32,681 nt of DNA. It comes from Intoshia linei. Taxonomy: Eukaryota; Animalia; Orthonectida. The notes under the pieces were generated by a model, which was not told the origin of the DNA, searched no databases, and worked only from the letters and a program-made list of their open reading frames with translations. Location of the stretch: assembly GCA_001642005.1 (NCBI GenBank), contig LWCA01000314.1, positions 1-32,681 of the forward strand, read 5' to 3'. The position numbers and the translations under genes are program-made. Positions 9,690 to 21,200 of the stretch are shown piece by piece; position 1 is the first letter of the stretch, and every line of letters begins with the position of its first letter.

Positions 9690-12554
9690 TTATTTGATAA
9701 AGTGAGTATTAATATGTAGTTTAAGAGGGAAGGTAGATGTATTAGTAATTGAATAGCTATTAGCTAAAAAAATATGAATATAATATAAATATAAATGAAC
9801 CTGCAGGAATAAAAAAGTCATCACCAGAATTAGCATGAATTTTCTTATTGTTTAGCATCACTAAAGCTGTACCCTTTAATACATTGCATACCTAGATAAA
9901 TTAATAAAAAAGTAAACGGAATAAATTTACCAAAAGAGTGTTAACGTCCGTTTTAGTGAGACCAGTAGATTTATTGATCTGAATAGTCAGCAATACAGAA
10001 CCAAACTTTTTTTCTCTAATGCGGTATCTCAGAGTAATATCCGCATTGTTAACGTTGTATTGGTTATCTGGTATTACCGAAATAAGACCACTTGATAATC
10101 TATATTTCACCGTTGGTTCAATATTTTTAATATTAGAAGACGTATAATCTCTCGGAATTAAAACATTTACTTTAAATTCTTGCGATTTTACTAATATTTT
10201 GTGTTGAATAGGTATAGTTGATCGATGTGAAATTAAGGAAGATGTGGACTTTAAGGTTTTCGATGCAATTTTACCTATAATGTAAATTAATTATCTTGTT
10301 AAAAAACTCACAAAATTGTATATCAATAAATTACTCCATATTGTAGATTCATAGTTTCTTTTAGACCTTCTGATGTTTGGGTATTTTTCTAAAAAATAAA
10401 ATTAAAAGTAAAAATAATAAAAAAATACCCAAATCATCATTGTTTCTCTTGCGCCGGTAATCAACATTCAAAGTATTTGTCATATAATTATATTCATCAC
10501 GTGGTACCTTAACAACAGTGTTGTCATAAGCGATGATGTCTTTGCTGATCAGTTTTTTATTTATCAGTACCTTCTTTTTTTTTTTCTTTTTAGTAAAAAT
10601 GTTTATAATTTTTGATCTGACTGATGGTTTCGAAGGTTTTAATGTAATTTTTGAATTATTAGAAGTACTCTTCTCAATAATTTCATCCACAATTTGGTCC
10701 GTTTCACAATTATTTTGACCAGTAAAACTATGAACAGATTTCACCAAAGAAATATCGGTTTTAGTAAAATGATCAGACTCAACGTTACCCATATCTACGG
10801 AAGTAATAGTGCATTGAGGTTCAGAAATTAAGGGTGGCGGAATTTTGCAATTTTCCCTTAAATTAGAAGAGCTGGTAACATTCTTTTCATTATTAATAGG
10901 TTTATCATGTGTTGAGGTATCATTGACATTCGAGAAAGCTATTTCGATAGAGCTCATCAATTTTGATTCTTCATCTAAATTAAGATTAATATCATAACTT
11001 TGATATAATTAATTTGACATAAAAAATACATTGATAACAAGGTGCGTTACTTTTGCACAATGTACAATATAATGTACAATATACATTATAAAATAATACA
11101 AATTAAAATTAAGATAAGAAAAATACAAAAGTGTCCCAAATTTTTATTATTCTTAAAATGTGTAACAATTTTTCAAAAATAAGGCGACATACACTTTGAG
11201 AATGATTGAAATAGTTGTAAATTGTACATTTAGCATCAAACCACAATTACATTAAAATGGTTAGAAACGATATTGATATTTTAAACAAAAAAGAATATGG
11301 AAATAATGAATTAAGATATTCAATGTAGATAAAATAAAAACATACTTATCGACATGGAATTACGACTAACTCTTACAGTTTTTTTAAAGTCTTCCATAAT
11401 GGAATATTCGGAAACATCATTACATCTAAATAAAGTAAGGAATAAATACAAACAGTTTACTCGTTTATTTTTTCAAATGCGTCTGCCTTTACGTCTAAAA
11501 AGTAAATTTAAAAATAAATTGAATTATTTTACTTTTAGCCTCAACACTTGAAACATCATCTAGATATGTCCTTACTGTTTCATGATACTCATTTACTTTT
11601 GCCTTTTTTTCCAATTTGTTTCTAAAAAGAATAAATACTAAAATTTACGAAATCAATTTATAATGCAATGAGGTCTGAGTGGAAGGGAGGATGGTGACAT
11701 GGATAATTTGTTATATCTAATCTTATCGTCCCGTTATAAATATGTGACAATTATTTTTAACCAACTTGTATAAATTACATATTGAATACACTGTATTATA
11801 TTGTGCTGCAAAAAAACTATATTCATTGTCATAAACAAGATTTATACGTTTAAATCTATGTTGTAACACAGGGCTCGGCAACCCTTTACATCTCATGACC
11901 ACTTTTTTATATCAATAAAAATTTAATAAGTATGTAATAGTATGTTCAACTTTGTTTTTTTTTTAAACTCAGTAAATACTTTTTTTCAAATTTTAGTCAA
12001 AGTACTCTAAAAAAATTGATGAATTTTCAGTTTTCGTTCTGAAAACGTAAAAATGCAATACATAAAATGTATGTTTCAAATTTTGGATAAAAATAAATTA
12101 TATTACTTAAAATAAATAACTAATATTTAAAAAAAGGTAATATTCGAATTTTATAATAAAATATTATCATTAGAATAGTAGATAAAATAGACAAAAATTG
12201 CTTATAAATTACTTTTTGTAGACATGAAGTTTTATTGTATTTTAAAATTCAGTTTCAATTAATTGTGGCGTAATCCTAGTTCTACGAATAGACGTGAATT
12301 ACCCCACTGCAAATAAATAATCTTTCAATTGATGCACTAATTGCAGGTATTAATAATTTAATTATCTAATTACTAGGGCGAATTATGTCATAAAAATAAA
12401 AAATTGTTCTAAAAAAATTGAACTAAAATACTAAGACATATTCACAGTATTAAATCTTAGACATTCAATAATATTAATTATAAACATACCTTCTTGTCCT
12501 TTTTTGTAGATTATTTATTTTTCTGAATAGCCTACTTCTATTTAACCGGCTCAT
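9690..12554 (-). CDS. CENPC: CENP-C/Mif2-like inner kinetochore protein, 9 exons (12554-12490, 11621-11533, 11494-11461, 11425-11346, 10974-10429, 10388-10335, 10274-9931, 9891-9801, 9763-9690), ~458 aa
   Basis: All 8 introns are GT-AG with compatible phases; the total is 1377 nt, ATG to TAA. Basic N-terminus MSRLNRSRLFRKINNLQKRTRR; low-complexity middle; CENP-C-motif-like YPNIRRSKRNYESTIW; C-terminal cupin FGSVLLTIQINKSTG...CNVLKGTALVMLNNKKIHANSGDDFFIPAANSYSITNTSTFPLKLHI. Confidence 0.8.
11869..11900 (+). mobile_element. hAT MITE left end in CENP-C-like intron 1
   Basis: CAGGGCTCGGCAACC preceded by TTGTAACA (nnnTAnnn). Right end not confidently located. Confidence 0.45.
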
Positions 12555-13084
12555 AAAATCAAATATTCAATATAATAGAATGTAGTTTGGAAATAAAGTT
12601 TTGATATGAATTATATTTACTTTTGCGCCATTATACATAAACAAATTAATTTACTATGGTATTAATATGTAAGTATGTAATTAATAGTATGGGATAAATT
12701 TTATAACAAAATATGCTAGAAATAATTTTTGTGTTGTAACAGTGAAGTTACAGTTCAAGTTGAAGCTTGTAGGTTTAAGTTCCGAATATAACAAATACAA
12801 GGTTGTTCATAATATTATAATAATTTATTTTTACATATTCTGTGGTTACTAATTCACTAATGAGTAGATAAATTAAATAAAATTTTGAATAGAATTAATT
12901 TGGTTTTATATGAACATGAAGGGAGCAGGTTTTGATAATGTTCATACTATACTGTAATATGAACATATATGAATGGTGATAATAATATAATTAAAAGTTT
13001 CAAAATGTCCCACTCAATAATAATCCCGTGATAACTTTTACATAAAAATATTTTTTTGGAATGATTTATTAACATTTTTTTATA

Positions 13085-13480
13085 GTTCCCATAAAATCAG
13101 TTATTTTCAATGATCGAGATTTTTTTTCTTGTTGAATTTCATCAATTATACCCCATATTTGAGGAAGTTTTGCATGTAGTACTTTTCTATTTCTTTTGAA
13201 CAAAGATGTGCATCATAATTTGTTACTGTATTTACCTTTTTGTTATGCTCATCATCTTCAGAATCAGATTCGTTTTTTACGCTCAATTCTTTCAATCGCT
13301 TTTCTATCAATTCGTTTAGAAATTAACTGTCATCTTTTATCTTTGTATCATAACTTTGCGGATCACACAATATTTCATTTTGTACTTCTTCATTAACACT
13401 ATTATGAATATCTAACTTTGCATTTTCCATTGATTTCGAGAAACAATTTTTGATGCGTTTTTGGTGTAGTATGCTTAATA
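13085..13480 (-). pseudogene. pogo/Tigger transposase C-terminal remnant
   Basis: RIKNCFSKS ... acidic ESDSEDDE ... LKITDFM with internal stops and a frameshift; typical DDE_1 C-terminal layout. Confidence 0.6.
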
Positions 13481-14009
13481 TCTATCTATTTGTGATTGTA
13501 ATTGCACTTGAAGTAATTATTACTTTTGTTACAACATACAGTAGTATATGACATACATGTAGTTTTGTGAAGCTGCATTTTCTATTCTAACAAATTAAAA
13601 AAAAAAGGAATAAATTAGATGTCCTGGTCGGTATGCGAGTGAACCTATCAAAAACAATGCAAAGATTTAGATCACTTCTCATTTCAAAGCAACAATAACG
13701 ATTCCATTAAAATTGGGGAGTAATTAATTTTTCAGTATTTAATTAAAATACTGACATTTTTTAATAAAAAATTTTCTGTATTTTAAAAATAAAATTGTCA
13801 GTATACACACTAAAATATTAGTAATAAAAAATATTTTGTCAGTTTTTAATTGCTTTCTTGTCAATAAATATATTAACTAGATCAGTATTCATCGAAAATT
13901 GTAAGTAACTCAACAAAAAAGTATATAGAAATAAACACATTTTATCAGTTTAATTCAAGTAACTAGTTAACTTCATTTATAATTAATATTGTTATAATTG
14001 ATTTTTAAT

Positions 14010-14076
14010 CAGGGGTGCACAGTCATTAAGATCAATATTTGGGGGTGCATAGGTCAAAAAAGGTTAAGAAACACTG
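14010..14076 (+). mobile_element. hAT MITE right end
   Basis: GGGGTGCA repeats, then AAAAAGGTTAAGAAACACTG followed by CGGTAAAC (nnnTAnnn). Confidence 0.6.
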
Positions 14077-14157
14077 CGGTAAACGAACGATAAAAAATTA
14101 GATGATTTGTAAATTAACTTTATTTTTTGTTAAATCAGGGGATGTCACGACTTTTAG

Positions 14158-14500
14158 TCAATCGATTTGATCTGAATTTTGCTTCTTAACATTGGTAACG
14201 ACTTCTTTTAAATCAGGTAATATTAAATTTTCAGCAATAGTATTAGGTTTACCATTTTTAGCAATTAATAAAGATATATTGTAAGACGCCTTTAATCCAC
14301 AAATTGGTTTTGTAACTATGCAAAGTTTTAAAAAATTTGGAATTTTGTTTAAAGTTTCATACTCAGTTTTTAATATTTTGAAATAATCAGCATTTTTTTC
14401 ACATTTATGTGGATGGAGTCGATACAAGTGATCTTTCATCTTAGAAGGCTTTATAGCATCATTGCTAAATATTTTTTTGCATAATAAGCACATTGGATTA
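14158..14500 (-). pseudogene. Buster-type hAT transposase N-terminal fragment (SCAND3/ZBED5-like)
   Basis: PMCLLCKKIFSNDAIKPSKMKDHL..LHP (BED-like finger) and KASYNISLLIAKNGKPNTIAENLILP; truncated. Confidence 0.85.
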
Positions 14501-14743
14501 GAATCTAATTAATAATTAATTAAACTATGGCCCGCAGGCCAATTTGGCCTTCAATTTAAATTAATAGTTTTAAATGTTAAGTACATAAAAATATGTTCAT
14601 TGTTCAAAAAGGACAATGTTCATATGAAAAAATCTTTTTTCATATGAATCTCTAACGTTTTTAACAAACCAAAATCGTCGTGTTCATATAGAACAGAATT
14701 GAAAATACAAGTTACACATATATTTATGTTTAATTGGAATTAA

Positions 14744-14830
14744 TTAATATTTTGTAACACCTCGTTTAGTATGTATGAGAGCCGTAATTCTCCCTGGCAT
14801 ACTATTAATACAGTCTTTTGCCAGTTTTTT
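14744..14830 (-). pseudogene. Tc1 transposase C-terminal fragment
   Basis: LAKDCINSMPGRITALIHTKRGVTKY* matches the Tc1 ending SMPxRxxAVIxxKGGxTKY. Confidence 0.7.
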
Positions 14831-14859
14831 CAAATTAGGAGAATTTATTGGAGATTTCT

Positions 14860-15050
14860 TTTCTTTTCCATTATTGTGCGATGTAGTCGTTCTACTTTAA
14901 CTATTTGTTGATGTGTGTAGGGTTCTCATGCTGTTTTGTTGATATTGAAAAGTTTACAGAGCTCATGGATTATTGAACATTCAAATTGCTTTCCTTGGTC
15001 GGTTTGAATTTGTTTTGGTGGTCCATATCTAATAACTATTTTTTTACCTA
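14860..15050 (-). pseudogene. Gypsy/Ginger-type integrase core fragment
   Basis: RYGPPKQIQTDQGKQFECSIIHELCKLFNINK, then frameshifted YTHQQIVKVERLHRTIM (second D and the E of the DDE triad). Confidence 0.8.
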
Positions 15051-15219
15051 CCGTTGTAAACCGTTTCATCAACCGGGAAAACCACCGCACAATTCTCTCG
15101 GTTTTCACCTCTGAAAAATTGTTTTTATAATAACATAAACAAAATACAGTTTTATAATACAGTTTTGATAGTTTATTTCAGTAGCTATAGAATTAGTTTT
15201 GCAAATTTTTTTTAAATTA

Positions 15220-18200
15220 ATGGGTTGCATTGTTTCTTCAGTAATGTTATTTTTCCATCATGTATTAATATAAATGTAGCTGGCTTGTTGTTGTACTGGA
15301 GCAGCGTGTTCTTTATGTTGCGCTCCTTTTACTAAATGCCGATCCTCAGTTTTAACAAGATTAACGTATTGCATTATTATAATATGTTTTGCCTTTTTGT
15401 GTTTATTTTTTACCAGATATGATGGAATTCAAGAAATTTTGGCAAAGGTATTTAAATTATAATAATTATCAAAATTCTATGAGTTCATTTATAGAGCAGT
15501 GGCCACTGGTCATCAAACTGGCCACAAAAAAATTTAAAAAAATGGATATAATCTAATTATTTATCATACAATCGTATCTAAATTATTAGAAACTTATCTT
15601 TAATTAATTCAGATAATACGTTGAGGTTTTAATTAGCGACATTTGATTTTTGTCTGACCTGCACAATTTTAATTTGGGGCTAATCCGATCCACAAGTTAA
15701 ATAGTCTGATTTCTACTGTTTTAGAGCAACAAATATTTAACTCATGGAGCAAGTGCAATTTATCTCGCAATCTAATATATCCAAGTTTATTTATCTGACG
15801 AAATTTTTGTAAAAAGGGGCTCATTTTTCCAATTTAATCATTTAAAAATGATATTCTTGAATATTATGTTTATTTTGTGTGCTTAATTTAAAATGCCAAG
15901 TTAAGACCCTTGGAGAGGTGGTTAGGGTCTATATGACTACGCATCGTTTGCATTATTTTAAAGGGATCTATTTTTCATTTTCTGGAGGCATCCTGTTGGT
16001 TAGGTTCGGCTTCAATCCAATTCATTAGTGAGTAACCAAATAATATTTTAATTGATAAAATACGTCACTCAAAATGATTAAACATTACTGTTTTAAGTTA
16101 TAGGTAAAATTCTGTATTGAATTTTAGATACCATATATCTGTAGTTCTGGGGATGTTTGCAAAAATATTTCTGGAGTTCAAGCAATTTTAAGACTTGGAT
16201 TTGTTATGGCTCTATTTCATTTTGTCATGTCCATTATTTTAATCAATGTTCAAGATTCAACAGATTGTAGAGTTGGCGTTCAAAATGGGTATTTGTTTGA
16301 TGATATAATATATATTTATTCAGATTTTGGGCTATTAAATCTTTGGGAATAATTGGAGGTGCTATTGGCATGTTGTTTGTACCTGCGGGTAAATTTGATA
16401 TTGTTATGGTATATGCTTCTACTGTGATTGGATTCATTTTTATCTTTATTCAAATGATATCCATCATATTTTTCTCCTACAGTATTCGAGATAAAATTTT
16501 TGATAAACAAGAAAATAGCGACAGCAAGGCATGGAAATGGTGTAATATTTATTTTTTTTATATTCAATATTTTCTACATACATCTGTAATTTGTTGTATC
16601 TTACAGTTACAGCACGGTTGGGTACCTCGTGCAACGGGTCACACTGCACATTTAATTTATCGCGGGTCGCACCAAGAAAAATTCTTCAATTTCACTTCGT
16701 TCCTGTTTTTAAAAATTTTTTTTAATCGATATTACATACCCTTATACCTATTTTCACTAGTTTAAGAATATTTTTAACTTAATAGTCAATACATTTACTC
16801 CTTAAATGTATTTGAATCCAGTAAATTCTCATATTCGGTAGAATTACAAAAATAATATTAAATCATTATTGTTTATTATTAACATAATTCACTCATACTT
16901 ATGATTTATTTTGCTTTTATCTATATGGCTAAATGTAATAAGCCAATTATAGTAGAAAATGTTTAAAACGGTGTTTAAAAGTTGAAACATTTAAAAATAA
17001 ATCATTTATATATCTACTCAAAGGGACAACAGAATTATTTTATGGGTCACTGGTTGCCTATCCCTGTCTGAGTGCTACATTATCATCGATTTTACTAATT
17101 TATCATTGATTTTTTCACCCAATTTTTAAACATTTTGAAGATTTTTCAAGATTATCGAACCGTATAAAAAAATTTATCATGAGTTCCTTAATAATTAAAA
17201 ACTAGCAAAAAATATTTAAACTAATACTTTTATGTATTATAATAATATATAAAAAAAATGAATATTAAAGTACTTGTTTGACCGTGAAGGCATCACTTAT
17301 TCGGATTGAAATTTTTTGTGTTTCTTAACAGGATACAACTATACCATCTGTATTTTTTATTCATTCTAGGGCTGTTTTGATTTTAAAAAAAAATTATTTT
17401 TTTTGAGGTTTTCATTTATGGAATGTTTATGATTTTAAATTTCAAACTATCCCTAAATATTTTGGAACATGTTTCATTTTTAAAACAAAGGGTAATTTGG
17501 GTTTTGAACATTAAGGTATGCGTTTTTGTGGCTGAAATTAACGACAATGTTAATGCATTTAAAACATGTCTCAGAATGTATGTTTTATTAAATTTTTGGG
17601 CTAATTTTTTTTAAACAAAAGGGAAAATTGGGTTTTTGAACCTGAAGCACTCAAATTCTGAAACTGAAAAATAGATAAAAACACGTCTTGCGAAAAACTG
17701 TATTAGAAATTTGGTTTTTTAAATTGTGCGATTGTCAATTTTTTCAATAAATGGTTACAAACAGACACACATACATTCGTTTTTATATAAGTAAAGGATA
17801 GTACAAACATTAGTGCGTATTAGCACATTAAATTAATATACATTATATTTTATAAGAAAATTATAATATCAATTTAAAAATAATCTAAAATTTTCTAATT
17901 TAATTTAAGATTCTCGCCCAGGTTGAGAATGGACGTCGAAAGATGCGGATGTTAAAGTCATAATTCACCATTGTTTTTTGAAAAATATAATTTTAACAGC
18001 GGACCAAGGCAGTGGTTCTCAACCCGTGTTCCGCGAAATTTAATAGGGGTTCCGTGAAATATAAATGCGATATTTTTCAAATTAAAGTTTTTCTAAATTA
18101 CTGTTGTATGCAATAAAACAACATCATTTCTCAAATTTAAATCAAATAAGTTTTAATAACTTCGTCTCTCAAAAACACGTCCAAGAATTAAAATCATCTT

Positions 18201-21200
18201 TAAAAAATATCAGGCCCAAATTTCTCATTGAGAACAAAATTAATTTATTTATTAAAACATTTATGTTTTCAATATTAGAAGCGTAATTTTTTAATTAAAA
18301 ATCAAATTGTTTTATATATGCGACATGCGAAAAAAAATTTTTGATCATGCTTTTAGGTGCTGCGATTTTTTGAAATTTCATAAGGGTTTCGCGCAGTAAA
18401 AAAGGTTGAGAAACACTGGGTCAAGGTATAAAAAAAGATAATATAACTCACACCTTTTCCAAAAAGATGTTATTTATATTAATGAGTCATTAATAATGAC
18501 TAGTGTATTATAAATTAATTGATTATGTAACGTTTAGTACATCTTATGCTAATTTTCTTTGGATATTGCGGATCGTTGGCGTTTGTAGTTTTTAATTACG
18601 TATTTTTTACAAGATCGACGGTATGATTATATTACATACTATAATTAATGTTTTGGTGTATGTCCGTATAAAACCAAACTAGAAATTACGGATACTGAAG
18701 TTTTACGGGCATTAATATTAAAATTGATAATGATGTTCAACTAATTTTTATTATGGCCAATTAAGTTGATTAAATAATTTTCAATTATATTTTGATCCGT
18801 AAATTACGGATAAAAATAAATAATAGGGGCAACCGTGTGGATTGGGCATACACCATAATAATGTTCACTGAATATGATGTTTTACGGTGGCTAAATTCTG
18901 GTTTGTGGAGCCCTCGATAAATTGTTCATTTTATCATATTTATGTACCACTTCTAACGTTCCACTGCCTGTCCCTGGTAGAAACGCCAAAAATCATATTC
19001 GAGCCCGCTGAAAATAAAAACAAGTCTTACAAATTTACTAAAACGGTGCGTAATGTTATATATCCATTAGCCACCTATCTACGGCTCTAGTTTTGACAGT
19101 TTAAATTAGACACATGAGATAGTTGATATTCAAAAATGAGACTCCATTTGCAAAAATTTTGTCTAATCTTTTATTACACTTTACAACAAATTTTAGACAA
19201 ACTCAGTAAAACTTTCGTTATATGTAAGTCAACTAGTATACATCTCTTTAAAATAAAAATATATTAATTTGAAGATTGAGATTCGTTTTAATTGAAGGTC
19301 AAAGTTGTTTTTGAAGAATTACCCTTCTCCGTGATGTCAATTTGCAATTAATATTGTTTTTATAAATGATAAAATTGATGGGTAAACCTATATACCTATA
19401 CACCTGTATAAAAAAAATTTCATTAATTAATTAATTATCTATAGATTTGACGCAACATCGACAAACTAAATTAAATAAACATTTTTGGTGGATTAACTAC
19501 TAACATTACACGTAAAATCATGTTTTTCGGGTTACCCATAGATCAATTTTGTTAACTATCAAGGATGCAAGTGATAGACATAAATTCCATATATTAAGAT
19601 ATAAGCATGTATCAATTAAAAATGTTTATGTTAATAAAAATAATCAGAACTTTATTTGACTTGTTTGTTTGTAATTGTAATTGTAAAACATGTCACTTTT
19701 TTTTTGTGGGTAAAAATTTAATAGAATAGTAAAATTACTAATTAAAATATCACATGTTTTTGATCTTCAATTATAAAAATATGTATATTGTTAGAATCAC
19801 AAAAATTAGCTGATTATTTTAGTATATATTACATTAAGTTTCTTTTTGCAAGGTTGGACAGTGTCATTATATAAATACTGTCATATTATATTATTATTTA
19901 AACAATTTATGGTTAAGTTATTCACGTCTCATTTCTCATTTTTTAGAAGGACAATTCAATATGCCCAATGCCAGCTCTGTTTACATCAGTAAATATGGGT
20001 ATTTGTGTGTTTTTAAATGGTTCTTCATTTATAATTTCTAAACGAACCGGTTTATTATTTATTTTATTTTTAAAACTTTCTAAAATTTAATTAAAATAGG
20101 TCTCAACACACTTCTCGTTACTGCTATCATGGGTTGTTACATAATGTTTATTACTACTACTGCTATTCATGCTAATCCAGGTAAGTTTTTTTTAGATTTT
20201 ATTTTGAATTTTATTTAAAGATATCGACTGCAATCCACAATTTGGTGTAATGACCGCTGATAAACAACTTGGAACTAGTAATAGTGTTATCGTTGACACG
20301 ATCATTATGTTTTTTATTTGGATTTTGGCTATTCTGTTTAGTTGGTATGTTTTCTTATTCTTTAGTTGACGTAAATTTAGTGTTCGTTCCAATTTGGTCA
20401 AAATTGCTAGTGGAGGTATGTAATTTTTTGTTTATTCAGTTATACAGGATTTATATTTATTCTTCATTTTTTTATATTTAAATTAATTTCATACTATTAT
20501 TTGGGAAGCCCAAACTGTATCAGACCGGCAGAAGAATCACACGTGAAAATTTTTATTGATTTTTTCTCTAATTTTTGGAAAGTTGCAGATTTTCGAGTTA
20601 CAATAAATTTTTAAATATTCATATCTGGGTATATTAAATATAATAAGATTGATACTAAAAACTGCGAAATGATAACACAGGACAACATTTTTACAGTTTT
20701 AAAAAAATTGATATTAGGTTTTATTTTTAAATGATAGACCGAATTGCAAAATGTATATTCTGGAAAATAGAGGGAAATGTGTATCCTAGTTACCGTAATA
20801 ATATCATATTAATATTATTTTATACCAAGGATTATTGCATATTTTAAATCATTAAGTTAACTATTTTGGGTAACTAATATTTTTTAAATACATAATTAAA
20901 ATTGGTGAATCTAATAAAACTATAATAATTTTAATTATAAAATTATCTTTAAAAAAAAGGGCAAAATTTACCCTAATCATAGGTTTTGTACAGAGATTTC
21001 TGGGATATTTTTTTACAATACAATCTACATGAGAAGACGTAAATATAATGCATTACACAACATTATTTATTATCCAGATTTTTTTTAAATTAAGTTTTAA
21101 TAATTAACAAATAGACAAAATTTGAAATCCACCATAAAGAATAATTATAACGCATGTATACATTTTTTTAACTTTAACACGAAATGGTTCACATTTGATA

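Noticed and set aside
10361-10428. Apparent C-terminal transmembrane helix of the 199-aa ORF
   Set aside because: It is translation of a T-rich 40-nt GT-AG intron.
11648-11700. Alternative first exon for the CENP-C-like gene
   Set aside because: The ATG frame hits TGA and the intron would be 27 nt. Exon 12554-12490 fits phase and content better.
13085-13480. Domesticated CENP-B next to CENP-C as a centromere module
   Set aside because: The pogo pieces are short, stop-ridden and far apart; ordinary TE relics.
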